Part shown: piece by piece, positions 1-7,927 of the stretch | Layout: every line of letters begins with the position of its first letter | How positions within the stretch are numbered: position 1 is the first letter of the stretch | The notes under the pieces: model-generated | The model's database searches: none | Told to the model about the DNA's origin: nothing | Seen by the model: the letters and a program-made list of their open reading frames with translations, nothing else | Source of the DNA: Bacilli bacterium | GTDB lineage: Bacteria > Bacillota_I > Bacilli_A > RFN20 > CAG-826 | Reading direction: 5' to 3' | Assembly (NCBI GenBank): GCA_024698065.1 | Contig: JAILRR010000056.1 | Coordinates: 1 to 45,628, forward strand | DNA length: 45,628 nucleotides | Made by a program: the position numbers and the translations under genes

Positions 1-10
1 CGCTTATGAC

Positions 11-85
11 GCTCGCTTAGCTCAATGGCAGAGCACCTGGCTGTTAACCAGGGTGTTGTAGGTTCGAGCCCTATAGCGAGCGCCA
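11..85 (+). tRNA. tRNA-Asn (anticodon GTT), 3' CCA encoded
   Basis: Hand-folded cloverleaf. Acceptor stem GCTCGCT/AGCGAGC; D stem GCTC/GAGC. Anticodon stem CCTGG/CCAGG with loop CTGTTAA. T arm GTAGG-TTCGAGC-CCTAT. Discriminator G followed by CCA. Confidence 0.9.
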
Positions 86-90
86 TTTAT

Positions 91-164
91 GGCCTGTTGG
101 AGAAGCGGCTTAACTCACATGCCTTTCACGCATGCATTCATGGGTTCGAATCCCGTACAGGTCA
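91..164 (+). tRNA. tRNA-Glu (anticodon TTC), CCA not fully encoded (ACCT follows)
   Basis: Hand-folded cloverleaf. Acceptor stem GGCCTGT/ACAGGTC; D stem GAG/CTC. Anticodon stem CATGC/GCATG with loop CTTTCAC. T arm ATGGG-TTCGAAT-CCCGT. Close in sequence to Bacillus-type tRNA-Glu as I remember it. Confidence 0.88.
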
Positions 165-180
165 CCTAATGGATAAAGCA

Positions 181-212
181 GGATTGATGAGAGTCAGTCC
201 TTTTTTATTTTT
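181..212 (+). terminator. Rho-independent terminator after the tRNA pair
   Basis: Hairpin GGATTGA-(tgagag)-TCAGTCC, followed by TTTTTTATTTTT. Confidence 0.7.
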
Positions 213-259
213 GTGCTAGTTCATGACTGAGATGCCACAATATTGAAAAGGGGATTTTT

Positions 260-877
260 ATGAAAGTTCTTATTATCAATGGAAGCCCACGCCTTAACGG
301 CAATTCATCAAAGCTTACAGATGAGCTTATTGGCATCTTTGATAAAGAAGGCGTTGAAGTTGATCTTTATCAAATCGGGGCAAAAGCGATAAGAGGATGC
401 ATGGCGTGCGGATATTGCCACGAGCATGGCGAATGCGTTTTCAAAGATGATGTGAATGATCTCAGCAAGAGATTTGAAAATGAGGATGGCCTTATCGTCA
501 TCTCCCCTGTTTATTATGGCTCAGCGAATGGATCGGTTATCTCTTTGCTAGACAGACTATTCTACAGTTCGCATTTTGATAAGCGCTTCAAAGTCGGTGC
601 GGCCTTTGCCATCGCAAGAAGAGCAGGCACCACCGCAACATTTGATGAATTGAATAAGTATTTCACCATTAGCCAAATGCCAATTGCCTCTGGAAGATAT
701 TGGAACAATGGCTTTGGAAGGGAGCAAGGCCAAATCGAAAAGGATGAAGAAGGTCTTCAAAACGCTAGAGTGGTTGCAAGGAACATGGTCTTCCTCATGA
801 AAGCGGTCAAAGATGCGAAGGAAAAATACGGACTTCCAGAAATGGAAGAAACGAAGTTCACCCATTTCATCAAATAA
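260..877 (+). CDS. Flavodoxin-fold NAD(P)H-dependent FMN reductase / iron-sulfur flavoprotein-like protein
   Basis: 205-aa ORF with RBS-like AAAGGGG upstream. N-terminal MKVLIINGSPR..GNS is typical of the FMN_red/flavodoxin_2 fold. A Cys cluster CMACGYCHEHGEC resembles the iron-sulfur flavoprotein type. Confidence 0.8.
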   Translation: MKVLIINGSPRLNGNSSKLTDELIGIFDKEGVEVDLYQIGAKAIRGCMACGYCHEHGECVFKDDVNDLSKRFENEDGLIVISPVYYGSANGSVISLLDRLFYSSHFDKRFKVGAAFAIARRAGTTATFDELNKYFTISQMPIASGRYWNNGFGREQGQIEKDEEGLQNARVVARNMVFLMKAVKDAKEKYGLPEMEETKFTHFIK

Positions 878-892
878 TCGGAGATTCTGTTT

Positions 893-1405
893 ATGAAAGC
901 ACTAGTGATTTATTTTTCAAGGGCAGACGAGAATTATTTCGGCGGATCGATGAAGTACATCGAAAAAGGAAACACCGAGGTCGTTGCAGAATTTATTCGC
1001 GAAATAACTGGAGCAGAGCTCTTTAAGGTCGAGAGAAAGGTCCCATATTCAAAGGATTACATGACTTGCATCAAGGAAGCCCAGGACGAACAAAAAAGGA
1101 ACGAATTGCCTGAACTTGCCAAAGAACTAACTGATATCAATGACTATGACACCATATTCATTGGAGGCCCAATTTATTGGGGGACTTTGCCTCAGCCGAT
1201 GTTCACTCAGTTATCCAAGTTAGATTTCAAAGAGAAAACAATCATGCCTTTTTCCACCCACGAAGGAAGCGGTCTTGCCTCTATAGTGAGGGATATAAGA
1301 AAATTCGCCCCTACCGCCAATATTAAACCGGGTTTGGCCATTGTCGGTTCGAACGTGAATTCCTCCAAGCCATCATTAAAGAGATGGATTGACGAGCAAT
1401 TATAA
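893..1405 (+). CDS. Flavodoxin family protein
   Basis: 170-aa ORF lying 15 nt after the previous gene, with RBS GGAGA. Motifs ALVIYFSRADENY and YDTIFIGGPIYWGTLP...PFSTHEGSG resemble the flavodoxin-like domain of the 44177..45097 protein. Confidence 0.8.
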   Translation: MKALVIYFSRADENYFGGSMKYIEKGNTEVVAEFIREITGAELFKVERKVPYSKDYMTCIKEAQDEQKRNELPELAKELTDINDYDTIFIGGPIYWGTLPQPMFTQLSKLDFKEKTIMPFSTHEGSGLASIVRDIRKFAPTANIKPGLAIVGSNVNSSKPSLKRWIDEQL

Positions 1406-1422
1406 AACATTCCATTTGACCG

Positions 1423-1452
1423 AAAAGACCGGCTTAAAGTCGGTCTTTTTTT
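1423..1452 (+). terminator. Rho-independent terminator
   Basis: Stem AAAAGACCG/CGGTCTTTT with a 9-nt loop, followed by a T-run. Confidence 0.75.
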
Positions 1453-1499
1453 GGCTGGACATATTGCTTTTTTCTTTTTGCTTAGAGTAACCTTTATTC

Positions 1500-2621
1500 G
1501 TGAGCAATATGTCTAAGCTCTTCCGCACAAGGAAGAAGAAAATCTATTCTTTGGATGACGAACTCTTTTTCGAAGCGATGAAAGAGAATTGCCTTTTCCA
1601 TTACAAAAACAACGCCGAATATAAGAAAATCCTCGACAATTTCCACTTCGATCCAAACTCTTTGAAATCATATGACGACTTGGCAAATATCCCGTTTTTG
1701 CCAACGCTTTATTTCAAACACCATAACCTTTTGTCGCTCCCTAAGCGCAAATACCTCATCAAGGCCACTTCTAGCGGAACAAGCGGCAAAAACGTCTCTC
1801 TAGTCGGCTTCACCTTAGGTGATTTGCTCCGTGGCTGGAACATGGTTAAGAGCGTTTTCGCCTATCACAAGCTCTGGTCGCTTAGGCCTCACCGCTATAT
1901 CGTCTTTGGATATGAGCCACACAAAGGAAACGATAAGGCTATCGCCAAGACCGCTTATGGGTTCACTTTAGTCACCCCTGCCATCAGTAAGGACTATGCA
2001 ATCAGATGGACAAAAGACGGCTATAAGGTTGACCTTGATAATCTCGAGAAGAAATTCATCAAATATTCCAAAGGCAAAACTCCAGTCAGAACACTTGGCT
2101 TCCCTGCCTACACCTACTTCTTGCTCCAACAGATGAAAGACAAAGGCATCAGACTCAAGATGCCTAAAGGTTCAATCATCTCTTTGGGAGGAGGATGGAA
2201 ATCCTTCTATAAAGAAAAGGTCGACAAAGAGTCCTTCTATAAGCTTGTCGAGGAGGTTCTTGGAATCGATGACAAACATGTCTTTGAATTCTTTGGGGCG
2301 GTCGAACACCCAATCCTCTACACCGATTGCCGAAACCACCACTTCCACATACCGAATTACGCTCGCGTAATCATCCGTGACATCGAGACTTTAGAGCCAG
2401 TGAAACCAGGCCAGGTCGGTTTGATTAACCTCTTAACTCCTATGATGGTTGGCACTCCATTATTAAGTGTCATGACCGATGACCTTGGTATCCTTCATGA
2501 GGAGACATGCCCATGTGGCGAGAAATCAATGTATCTTGAAATCCTCGGTCGCAGCGGACTTGACGACATCAAGACCTGCGCTGCCGGGGCCGAAGAGCTT
2601 TTGAAAGGAGAGAAATCATGA
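1500..2621 (+). CDS. LuxE-family acyl-protein synthetase (adenylate-forming)
   Basis: 373-aa ORF with the ANL-type P-loop motif TSSGTSGK. Length and N-terminal region resemble LuxE-family proteins. The track start at 1500 is GTG; an ATG at 1509 is an alternative. The stop overlaps the next start (ATGA). Confidence 0.8.
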   Translation: MSNMSKLFRTRKKKIYSLDDELFFEAMKENCLFHYKNNAEYKKILDNFHFDPNSLKSYDDLANIPFLPTLYFKHHNLLSLPKRKYLIKATSSGTSGKNVSLVGFTLGDLLRGWNMVKSVFAYHKLWSLRPHRYIVFGYEPHKGNDKAIAKTAYGFTLVTPAISKDYAIRWTKDGYKVDLDNLEKKFIKYSKGKTPVRTLGFPAYTYFLLQQMKDKGIRLKMPKGSIISLGGGWKSFYKEKVDKESFYKLVEEVLGIDDKHVFEFFGAVEHPILYTDCRNHHFHIPNYARVIIRDIETLEPVKPGQVGLINLLTPMMVGTPLLSVMTDDLGILHEETCPCGEKSMYLEILGRSGLDDIKTCAAGAEELLKGEKS

Positions 2622-3886
2622 TCCTTTATAAAGGCGAAGTCTACGAAAACAAAGAACAAGAAAGACTAATCTCCTCTTTGAAGGAGGATATGCTTTCGAC
2701 GTTAGAGAAAAACGAAACCCTTTCCTATAAAGCGGTTATCGATGCCTGCGACAAACTCTACCAAAGGGTCATGAACCATGAGTTTGACCATATCGTTTTG
2801 CCTCTTCTTGATATGGTGAACATGCCATATTCCCAATTTGAGAGATACGCCAAATACTTCTCAAAAGAGGGATTGCTCAAGAAGATCGAGTATGAGCTTG
2901 GTGACCTTAAAAACGGGAAACTAGAGCTCGATGAGGATAACGAAAGATATTACGAACCACTAGGCATTTTGTTCCATATTGCAGCCGGAAACGTCGACCT
3001 TTTGCCTGCTTATAGCGTGGTTGAGGGCCTTCTTGTCGGCAACATCAACATCCTCAAACTCCCTACCGGAGACAATGGAATGTCGATCATGCTCCTTCAG
3101 GAACTCATCAAAGAGTCTCCGATTCTCAAAGACTACATTTACGTCTTTGACGTACCTAGCACCGAAATCGAGACCATTAAGGAACTCGCAAATATGGCTG
3201 ACGCCACAATCGTCTGGGGCGGGGATATGGCCCAAAAGGCCGCAAGGACCTTTGTCGACATCCACTCCTCCATCATCTCCTGGGGACATAAGATCTCCTT
3301 CAGCTACGTCGATGAGAATGTAACCGACGAAGAACTCAAGGCTCTTTGCGAATCCGTATGTGCGACCAACCAGCTCTTCTGTTCTTCTTGCCAAGGCATC
3401 TATCTCAATACAGATAATGTCGATGATTTAAAGAAGCTAGCGAACCGCCTTCTCCCAATCTTTGCCAAAGTGAGCAAAGAGATGGGCACATTGCCTCTTA
3501 CGATGAAAGCGAAGAACACCCTCCTCACCTATAACGAAAAGCTTGAAGGGAATATGGATAAGGTTTTCACGAAAGATGGCGTTTCCATTCTCATCAAGGA
3601 AGATAACACTCTAGAGCTCTCTTACCTTTTTCAAAACCTGTGGATCAAACCTCTTAAGAAGAGCGATATCGTCAAAGTCCTTAAGCCAAACAAGAACCTC
3701 TTGCAGACTGTCTCGATCAATAGAGGCCTAAAAGAAAAAGAAGAGATAATTAGTCTCCTCGCCAAATCAGGACTGACAAGGATAACCGCTCTTGGCGACA
3801 ATTCACGAATGCTTCCAGGCGAAAGCCATGATGGGGAATACGCTTTAAGGCGTTATATCAGAATCGTTGAATCAATTAAAGGCTGA
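2618..3886 (+). CDS. LuxC-family acyl-CoA (fatty acyl) reductase
   Basis: 422-aa ORF. HIAAGNVDLLPAYSVVEGLLVGNINILKLP matches the LuxC/aldehyde-dehydrogenase-like core. A candidate catalytic Cys lies in NQLFCSSCQG. There is a 4-nt ATGA overlap with the LuxE-like gene. Confidence 0.8.
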   Translation: MILYKGEVYENKEQERLISSLKEDMLSTLEKNETLSYKAVIDACDKLYQRVMNHEFDHIVLPLLDMVNMPYSQFERYAKYFSKEGLLKKIEYELGDLKNGKLELDEDNERYYEPLGILFHIAAGNVDLLPAYSVVEGLLVGNINILKLPTGDNGMSIMLLQELIKESPILKDYIYVFDVPSTEIETIKELANMADATIVWGGDMAQKAARTFVDIHSSIISWGHKISFSYVDENVTDEELKALCESVCATNQLFCSSCQGIYLNTDNVDDLKKLANRLLPIFAKVSKEMGTLPLTMKAKNTLLTYNEKLEGNMDKVFTKDGVSILIKEDNTLELSYLFQNLWIKPLKKSDIVKVLKPNKNLLQTVSINRGLKEKEEIISLLAKSGLTRITALGDNSRMLPGESHDGEYALRRYIRIVESIKG

Positions 3887-4048
3887 TTTGTCAGTCCTTT
3901 TTTCTTTTTTGCGAACGTTTTTTATGATGAACAAAAAATATATAATTCACTGGGTGTGAATCAGAAAAAGGTCGACGAACCCTGCATCTAATAGTTTTCT
4001 TGAACAGTTTTGGTTCTTTAAATCGTCATATTGGTAGGAGAAAAAGAA

Positions 4049-4936
4049 ATGAAGCACAAATTGATTCCCTTATTCCCATTGGTATTCGTCATGGCTGCTT
4101 GTTCTTTTCCTGTGACTAAAACCGCAAAAGGAGGCGCCAGAACACACACCATCAATGCGAACATCGCCCCACGTTTCGAATGTTTTGATGAAGTTGCCTA
4201 CTTAGCCTACGCAATAGACCATTTGCCAGAAGAACCAGCGGAAGAAACCTCCGAAGAGCCTTCAGAAGTGCCTGCGACACTAGAAGATTCTCTTTCTTCC
4301 TCAAATGAGGAGATGGAGCAGTCAAGCACCGCTGGAACAACATCCATAAAACCAAAGCTCAGCCAAGAATCCTCCTCCCAGAGCGAGGAAGAGGAAGATC
4401 CTTACGCGCCATATTATGACGAAAGCGACCGACTCCACTATCCAATCGAAATTAAGAGCAAATACACTTTCAGCGACTTCACATACTTCGCTCTTTTAGC
4501 CGATGAGTGCCCATTCCTTGAAGAAAGAATCGGATGTGGCAATGTTGAGGGTTTGATTGTCAAAACAGACATCTTTGACGAGATGATGATCGTTTTAAAA
4601 AACGAAGATCGTTACTTCTCTTGCTTCACCAACGGTTACTCTTCCAATTTCCACCAATTCACTTACGATTTTAGTTGCCACAAATATCTTGAAGGCTTCG
4701 ATTTGGTGAAGGACGATAACAAAAAACACATCGAAGTCACTTTTGAGGAAGAACCGGAAAAACGAAGCTGGGACCGAGGAGACTTTTCGGAGTTTAACCT
4801 AACGAAAATCGATTTTGACGGGGTTAGCTTCCAAATCGAAAGAGAGAACACTTCGCGCGACGCTGAAGAAAAAGAAATCTCCGTTAACGAATTAAGAAAA
4901 TTCTTTGGCCTCGAGCCCGACCCGAGGTTCGAGTAA
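4049..4936 (+). CDS. Lipoprotein of unknown function, with an acidic Ser/Glu-rich linker
   Basis: ATG at 4049 is preceded by GGAGAAAAAG; the track start at 4031 is TTG. The signal peptide ends in the lipobox VMAAC. I recognise no domain. Confidence 0.75.
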   Translation: MKHKLIPLFPLVFVMAACSFPVTKTAKGGARTHTINANIAPRFECFDEVAYLAYAIDHLPEEPAEETSEEPSEVPATLEDSLSSSNEEMEQSSTAGTTSIKPKLSQESSSQSEEEEDPYAPYYDESDRLHYPIEIKSKYTFSDFTYFALLADECPFLEERIGCGNVEGLIVKTDIFDEMMIVLKNEDRYFSCFTNGYSSNFHQFTYDFSCHKYLEGFDLVKDDNKKHIEVTFEEEPEKRSWDRGDFSEFNLTKIDFDGVSFQIERENTSRDAEEKEISVNELRKFFGLEPDPRFE

Positions 4937-5050
4937 AAAAGTCGTTTGCCGACTAAAAGTAAAAGAGAGGCTTCAAGATTGCTCTTTTTTCTTTCAAAAG
5001 ATTGCTTTTTCGAGGAAAATCATATTTGTTTCCCTAAAAAGGAGAGAATC

Positions 5051-6001
5051 ATGAAACTCAAAACATTTTCGCTATTCTTTATCGGTATCTTTGCATCCGC
5101 CACGCTTTTAGGGGGATGCGATGGCCTCATTTCCTTCGCTAACGGACCAAAGGCAGCCACAGAAAAAGAAGTGATTTATGAGAAAGAGCTCACCTCTTCA
5201 ACCGGAAAATGGTTCCTTTTGGATGAGAGCAAAAAAGCAACAAATACTTTCTTCGAATTCGATGGCAGCTTAGAGGCGATGACTTTCAAATACACCGAAG
5301 AAGGTGAAGAAAAGTTTTCTGGCAAGTATCAGGTTGCATACCGCGAAAACACCGGCGAAAACGGTTCCACTTTGACTTGGATGCTGTTGAAAGATGGCTC
5401 AGAGAAAGTCGATTGGGTTTATTGCTACGCAGATAATTTCGATTCCAAGGATTTTGCTCAGTTCACTACCATCAAAGAAGAAAGGGATGAAGGTAAGAAC
5501 GACGGAAGGAACTACGCCCACATCTATAGGATCAGTGAGCTCCCATACAAGATGGGGACTTATGTCCTTGAAGGGAAAGAGTTCAGAGAAGAAAAAGACA
5601 ATTATCGGTACAAGAGCCACTACCAAATTCCAGACGGGAAATACTCTTTGGACGAAGAAACCTACTTCACTTTCCTCATGCCAAAGCCATATTCATACGC
5701 ATTGTTCCATTATCAAAACGGTGATGAGTCAGTCGAAGGCGTTTATTGGACGGCGGATGACAAAAAGACAATCTATCTCTTTATTGAGCACGACCCATAT
5801 CAATACGTCAGGACCGAGGACAGAAACAGCTATGACATGACCTTCTCTCATGACTATCCACCGGATTTCTATCTAAGAGGCAGTTTCGATGTCTCTGGGC
5901 AGAGCCAAAAAATAGCTATCAATGACCTATATCACCATGACTATAGCCCTACCTCTATCAAAGACTCGACTTGGAAATTTGGCACCTACAACAAGCAATA
6001 A
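5051..6001 (+). CDS. Lipoprotein of unknown function
   Basis: ATG at 5051 is preceded by AAAAAGGAGAG. The signal MKLKTFSLFFIGIFASATLLGGC has a lipobox. The track ORF extends upstream to 4946, but that extension lacks an RBS and a signal peptide. Confidence 0.75.
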   Translation: MKLKTFSLFFIGIFASATLLGGCDGLISFANGPKAATEKEVIYEKELTSSTGKWFLLDESKKATNTFFEFDGSLEAMTFKYTEEGEEKFSGKYQVAYRENTGENGSTLTWMLLKDGSEKVDWVYCYADNFDSKDFAQFTTIKEERDEGKNDGRNYAHIYRISELPYKMGTYVLEGKEFREEKDNYRYKSHYQIPDGKYSLDEETYFTFLMPKPYSYALFHYQNGDESVEGVYWTADDKKTIYLFIEHDPYQYVRTEDRNSYDMTFSHDYPPDFYLRGSFDVSGQSQKIAINDLYHHDYSPTSIKDSTWKFGTYNKQ

Positions 6002-6005
6002 GATA

Positions 6006-6032
6006 AGCCCGCATAAGCGGGTTTTCTTTTTT
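6006..6032 (+). terminator. Rho-independent terminator
   Basis: Stem CCCGC-(ataa)-GCGGG, followed by TTTTCTTTTTT. Confidence 0.75.
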
Positions 6033-6073
6033 AGTTGAGAAGAGGGCAATAGAAGAATAGAATACTTCGCCGT

Positions 6074-7381
6074 ATGGTAGTTTTGATTGATATTCTATCA
6101 ATAGCGGCGATGATTGGGATGATTCTCCTTATCATCCTCCACCCAACTCTCAAGATCGGGAAGTTCCATTTCAGCACCTTTTGTTTCCCTTTGCTCTTGG
6201 TTGCTTTGGTATTCCTTATCTTCCCTGTCTTTGATAAAAGCGAACTCAAAGAAGCCTTATTCACAAACACCCCTATCAATCCTCTCAAGATACTTGTCCT
6301 TTTCCTTTCGATTTCGGTTCTTTCTATCGGCCTAGACAAATCCGGATTCTTTTCGACTTTGGCTTCTTGGTCGATTAAGAAGTTCCATGATTCGCAGTAC
6401 GCTCTCTTCTTTTCCCTCTACTTGTTTATTTCGATAACGACTATTTTCACTTCAAATGACATCGTTATTTTGACCTTTACCCCATTCATCATCTATCTCT
6501 CAAAGGAAGGCAAATTCAATCCCTTACCATACCTCGTGATGGAGTTTGTGGCCGGGAACACTTTCTCAATGCTTCTTCAGATTGGAAACCCAACGAATAT
6601 CTATCTTTCGACTGCATTCGGAGTGGATTTTGCCAAGTATTTTGAGGTTATGGCTGTGCCAACTCTCATCATCGGAGCCTTCTCAATCGCTATCCTTTTG
6701 CTTATCTTCCACAAGAGTCTAAGCAAGCCAATAGAGCATTTTGATTTGGAGGTCAAGAAAGTCGAAGACCCATTCTTGATGTATGTTTCCCTCATCCATC
6801 TAGGCCTTGCGATCATCTGTTTGGCAATCTCTAACGTCATCAATATTGAGATGTGGCTCATCACTTTAGGATTTGCGGTGTCGATGAGCGTTATCCTCAT
6901 CGTCTATTCCATTGTCAAAAAGAAAAACGAGGTTGGGCTTATCTACAAGAAACTCCCCTACTCACTCGTTCCTTTTATTCTCTCGATGTTCGTCATCATC
7001 ATGGCGGAAGATGGAACCGGCTTATTTGGCTATTTGGCCTCTTTCCTCAATGGGATTGAAAACCCTATCCTTCAGGGTTGGGCATATCTAACAAGCTCCA
7101 CCTTAGCCTGCAACTTCGTCAACAACATTCCAATGTCTCTTATGTATAGTAGGATTCTCGATGGCAATCTCGTGAGCGTCTTCAGCACTATAATCGGGTC
7201 AAATCTTGGCGCTTTGCTTACCCCAATCGGCGCTTTAGCCGGAATCATGTGGATGGGCATCCTTAAGCACAAAGGAGTCCATTTCTCTTTCGGTCAGTTC
7301 ATCAAATACGGCGCAGTCATTACTGGGTTTATGCTCGTAGGCGCTCTTGGAGCCGTCGCCCTTATCCCCTTCTTCATATAA
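6074..7381 (+). CDS. ArsB/NhaD-superfamily (citrate-transporter-like) permease
   Basis: 435-aa polytopic membrane ORF. Motifs TSNDIVILT and GNPTNIYL, plus a second half with GSNLGALLTPIGALAG, are typical of the ArsB/NhaD ion transporter fold. The substrate is unknown and no clear RBS is present. Confidence 0.7.
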   Translation: MVVLIDILSIAAMIGMILLIILHPTLKIGKFHFSTFCFPLLLVALVFLIFPVFDKSELKEALFTNTPINPLKILVLFLSISVLSIGLDKSGFFSTLASWSIKKFHDSQYALFFSLYLFISITTIFTSNDIVILTFTPFIIYLSKEGKFNPLPYLVMEFVAGNTFSMLLQIGNPTNIYLSTAFGVDFAKYFEVMAVPTLIIGAFSIAILLLIFHKSLSKPIEHFDLEVKKVEDPFLMYVSLIHLGLAIICLAISNVINIEMWLITLGFAVSMSVILIVYSIVKKKNEVGLIYKKLPYSLVPFILSMFVIIMAEDGTGLFGYLASFLNGIENPILQGWAYLTSSTLACNFVNNIPMSLMYSRILDGNLVSVFSTIIGSNLGALLTPIGALAGIMWMGILKHKGVHFSFGQFIKYGAVITGFMLVGALGAVALIPFFI

Positions 7382-7382
7382 A

Positions 7383-7414
7383 AACCGCCAGGGATTAGCC
7401 TGACGGTTCTTTTT
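7383..7414. terminator. Bidirectional rho-independent terminator between convergent genes
   Basis: 10-bp stem AACCGCCAGG/CCTGACGGTT with one mismatch. It is flanked by AAAA on one side and CTTTTT on the other. Confidence 0.7.
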
Positions 7415-7431
7415 AAAAACTATGTTGTCGC

Positions 7432-7665
7432 TTATTTGGCAAGCTTCTTTTCGATCGAAGCAAGAAGATCGCCGACGGTCTTGAACTCAGCGAGTTCTTC
7501 TGGGCTGAATTCGATGCCATACTTGTCTTCTAAATCAAGACACATCTCAACAACATCGAGACTATCGAGTCCGAAGTCTTTGAGGGATTTGGCCTCGTCG
7601 ATTTTTTCAACTTTCATTCTTTCGCAAAATAACTTGCGGATTTCAATCATTTGGTCTGCGCTCAT
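7432..7665 (-). CDS. Acyl carrier protein (apparently monocistronic)
   Basis: 77 aa, with the phosphopantetheine attachment motif GLDSLD. The ATG at 7665 lies 6 nt after GAGGTG. The track start at 7674 is GTG and sits inside that RBS. Confidence 0.85.
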   Translation of the reverse strand: MSADQMIEIRKLFCERMKVEKIDEAKSLKDFGLDSLDVVEMCLDLEDKYGIEFSPEELAEFKTVGDLLASIEKKLAK

Positions 7666-7688
7666 AAAATGCACCTCACAATGTGCCT

Positions 7689-7717
7689 ATTATATGTGGG
7701 AAAAAGTGTAGGCGCAA
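7689..7717 (-). promoter_or_regulatory. Candidate sigma-A promoter for the ACP gene
   Basis: On the minus strand: TTGCGC (7712..7717), a 17-nt spacer, then TATAAT (7689..7694). This lies about 20 nt upstream of the RBS. Confidence 0.45.
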
Positions 7718-7724
7718 GCGCTAC
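7701..7724 (-). terminator. Possible terminator at the end of the pilus operon
   Basis: Minus strand GTAGCGC-ttgc-GCCTAC hairpin with one bulge, followed by ACTTTTT. It overlaps the proposed -35 element. Confidence 0.35.
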
Positions 7725-7731
7725 CCCCTCT

Positions 7732-7911
7732 TTAGAGGGACACTACTGCATTCGGATTTGCATACTTGACGCTGCCATTTACTTCGACCGTGATGTTCTT
7801 GTTGACGGCTTCAGCACTGGCGGCGAAGGCTGGAATTAAGATTCCAAGAATCGTCCCAAAAGCGGCCAAAACAAGGATCATTCCGAGAAGCTGTCCTTTG
7901 AGTTCCGACAT
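7732..7911 (-). CDS. Small pilin-like protein (59 aa) with a class III (prepilin-type) signal; absent from the supplied ORF track
   Basis: My own translation of the minus strand gives MSELKGQLLGMILVLAAFGTILGILIPAFAASAEAVNKNITVEVNGSVKYANPNAVVSL. A strong RBS GGAGGTGG lies 5 nt upstream of the ATG. The short charged leader ends in KG and is followed by a hydrophobic stretch of about 25 aa. It is the last gene of the Tad-like operon. Confidence 0.7.
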   Translation of the reverse strand: MSELKGQLLGMILVLAAFGTILGILIPAFAASAEAVNKNITVEVNGSVKYANPNAVVSL

Positions 7912-7927
7912 AAATCCACCTCCTTTC

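Noticed and set aside
25-219. 64-aa plus-strand ORF at the start of the window.
   Set aside because: It is fully occupied by the two tRNA genes and their terminator. It has no RBS, and its translation is an artefact of tRNA sequence.
1-1500. Possibility of an integrated mobile element or genomic island next to the tRNA genes.
   Set aside because: No integrase, recombinase or direct repeat of the tRNA 3' end was seen. The downstream genes are ordinary flavodoxin-type genes.
2960-3394. 144-aa minus-strand ORF and 114-aa plus-strand alternate-frame ORF inside the LuxC-like gene.
   Set aside because: Both are nested in a gene with strong family motifs, and neither has an independent signal.
3887-3915. 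Possible terminator after the LuxC-like gene (GGCTGA..TCAGTCC followed by a T-run).
   Set aside because: The stem needs a bulge or mismatch and has only 5-6 pairs. The T-run is good, but the hairpin is too weak for a confident call.
5394-5840. 148-aa alternate-frame ORF inside the second lipoprotein gene.
   Set aside because: It is on the same strand in a shifted frame. The product is a Lys/Ser/Thr-rich low-complexity sequence with no RBS.
6031-6339. 102-aa minus-strand ORF overlapping the start of the permease gene.
   Set aside because: It is antisense to a coherent polytopic membrane ORF and overlaps a terminator. There is no RBS.
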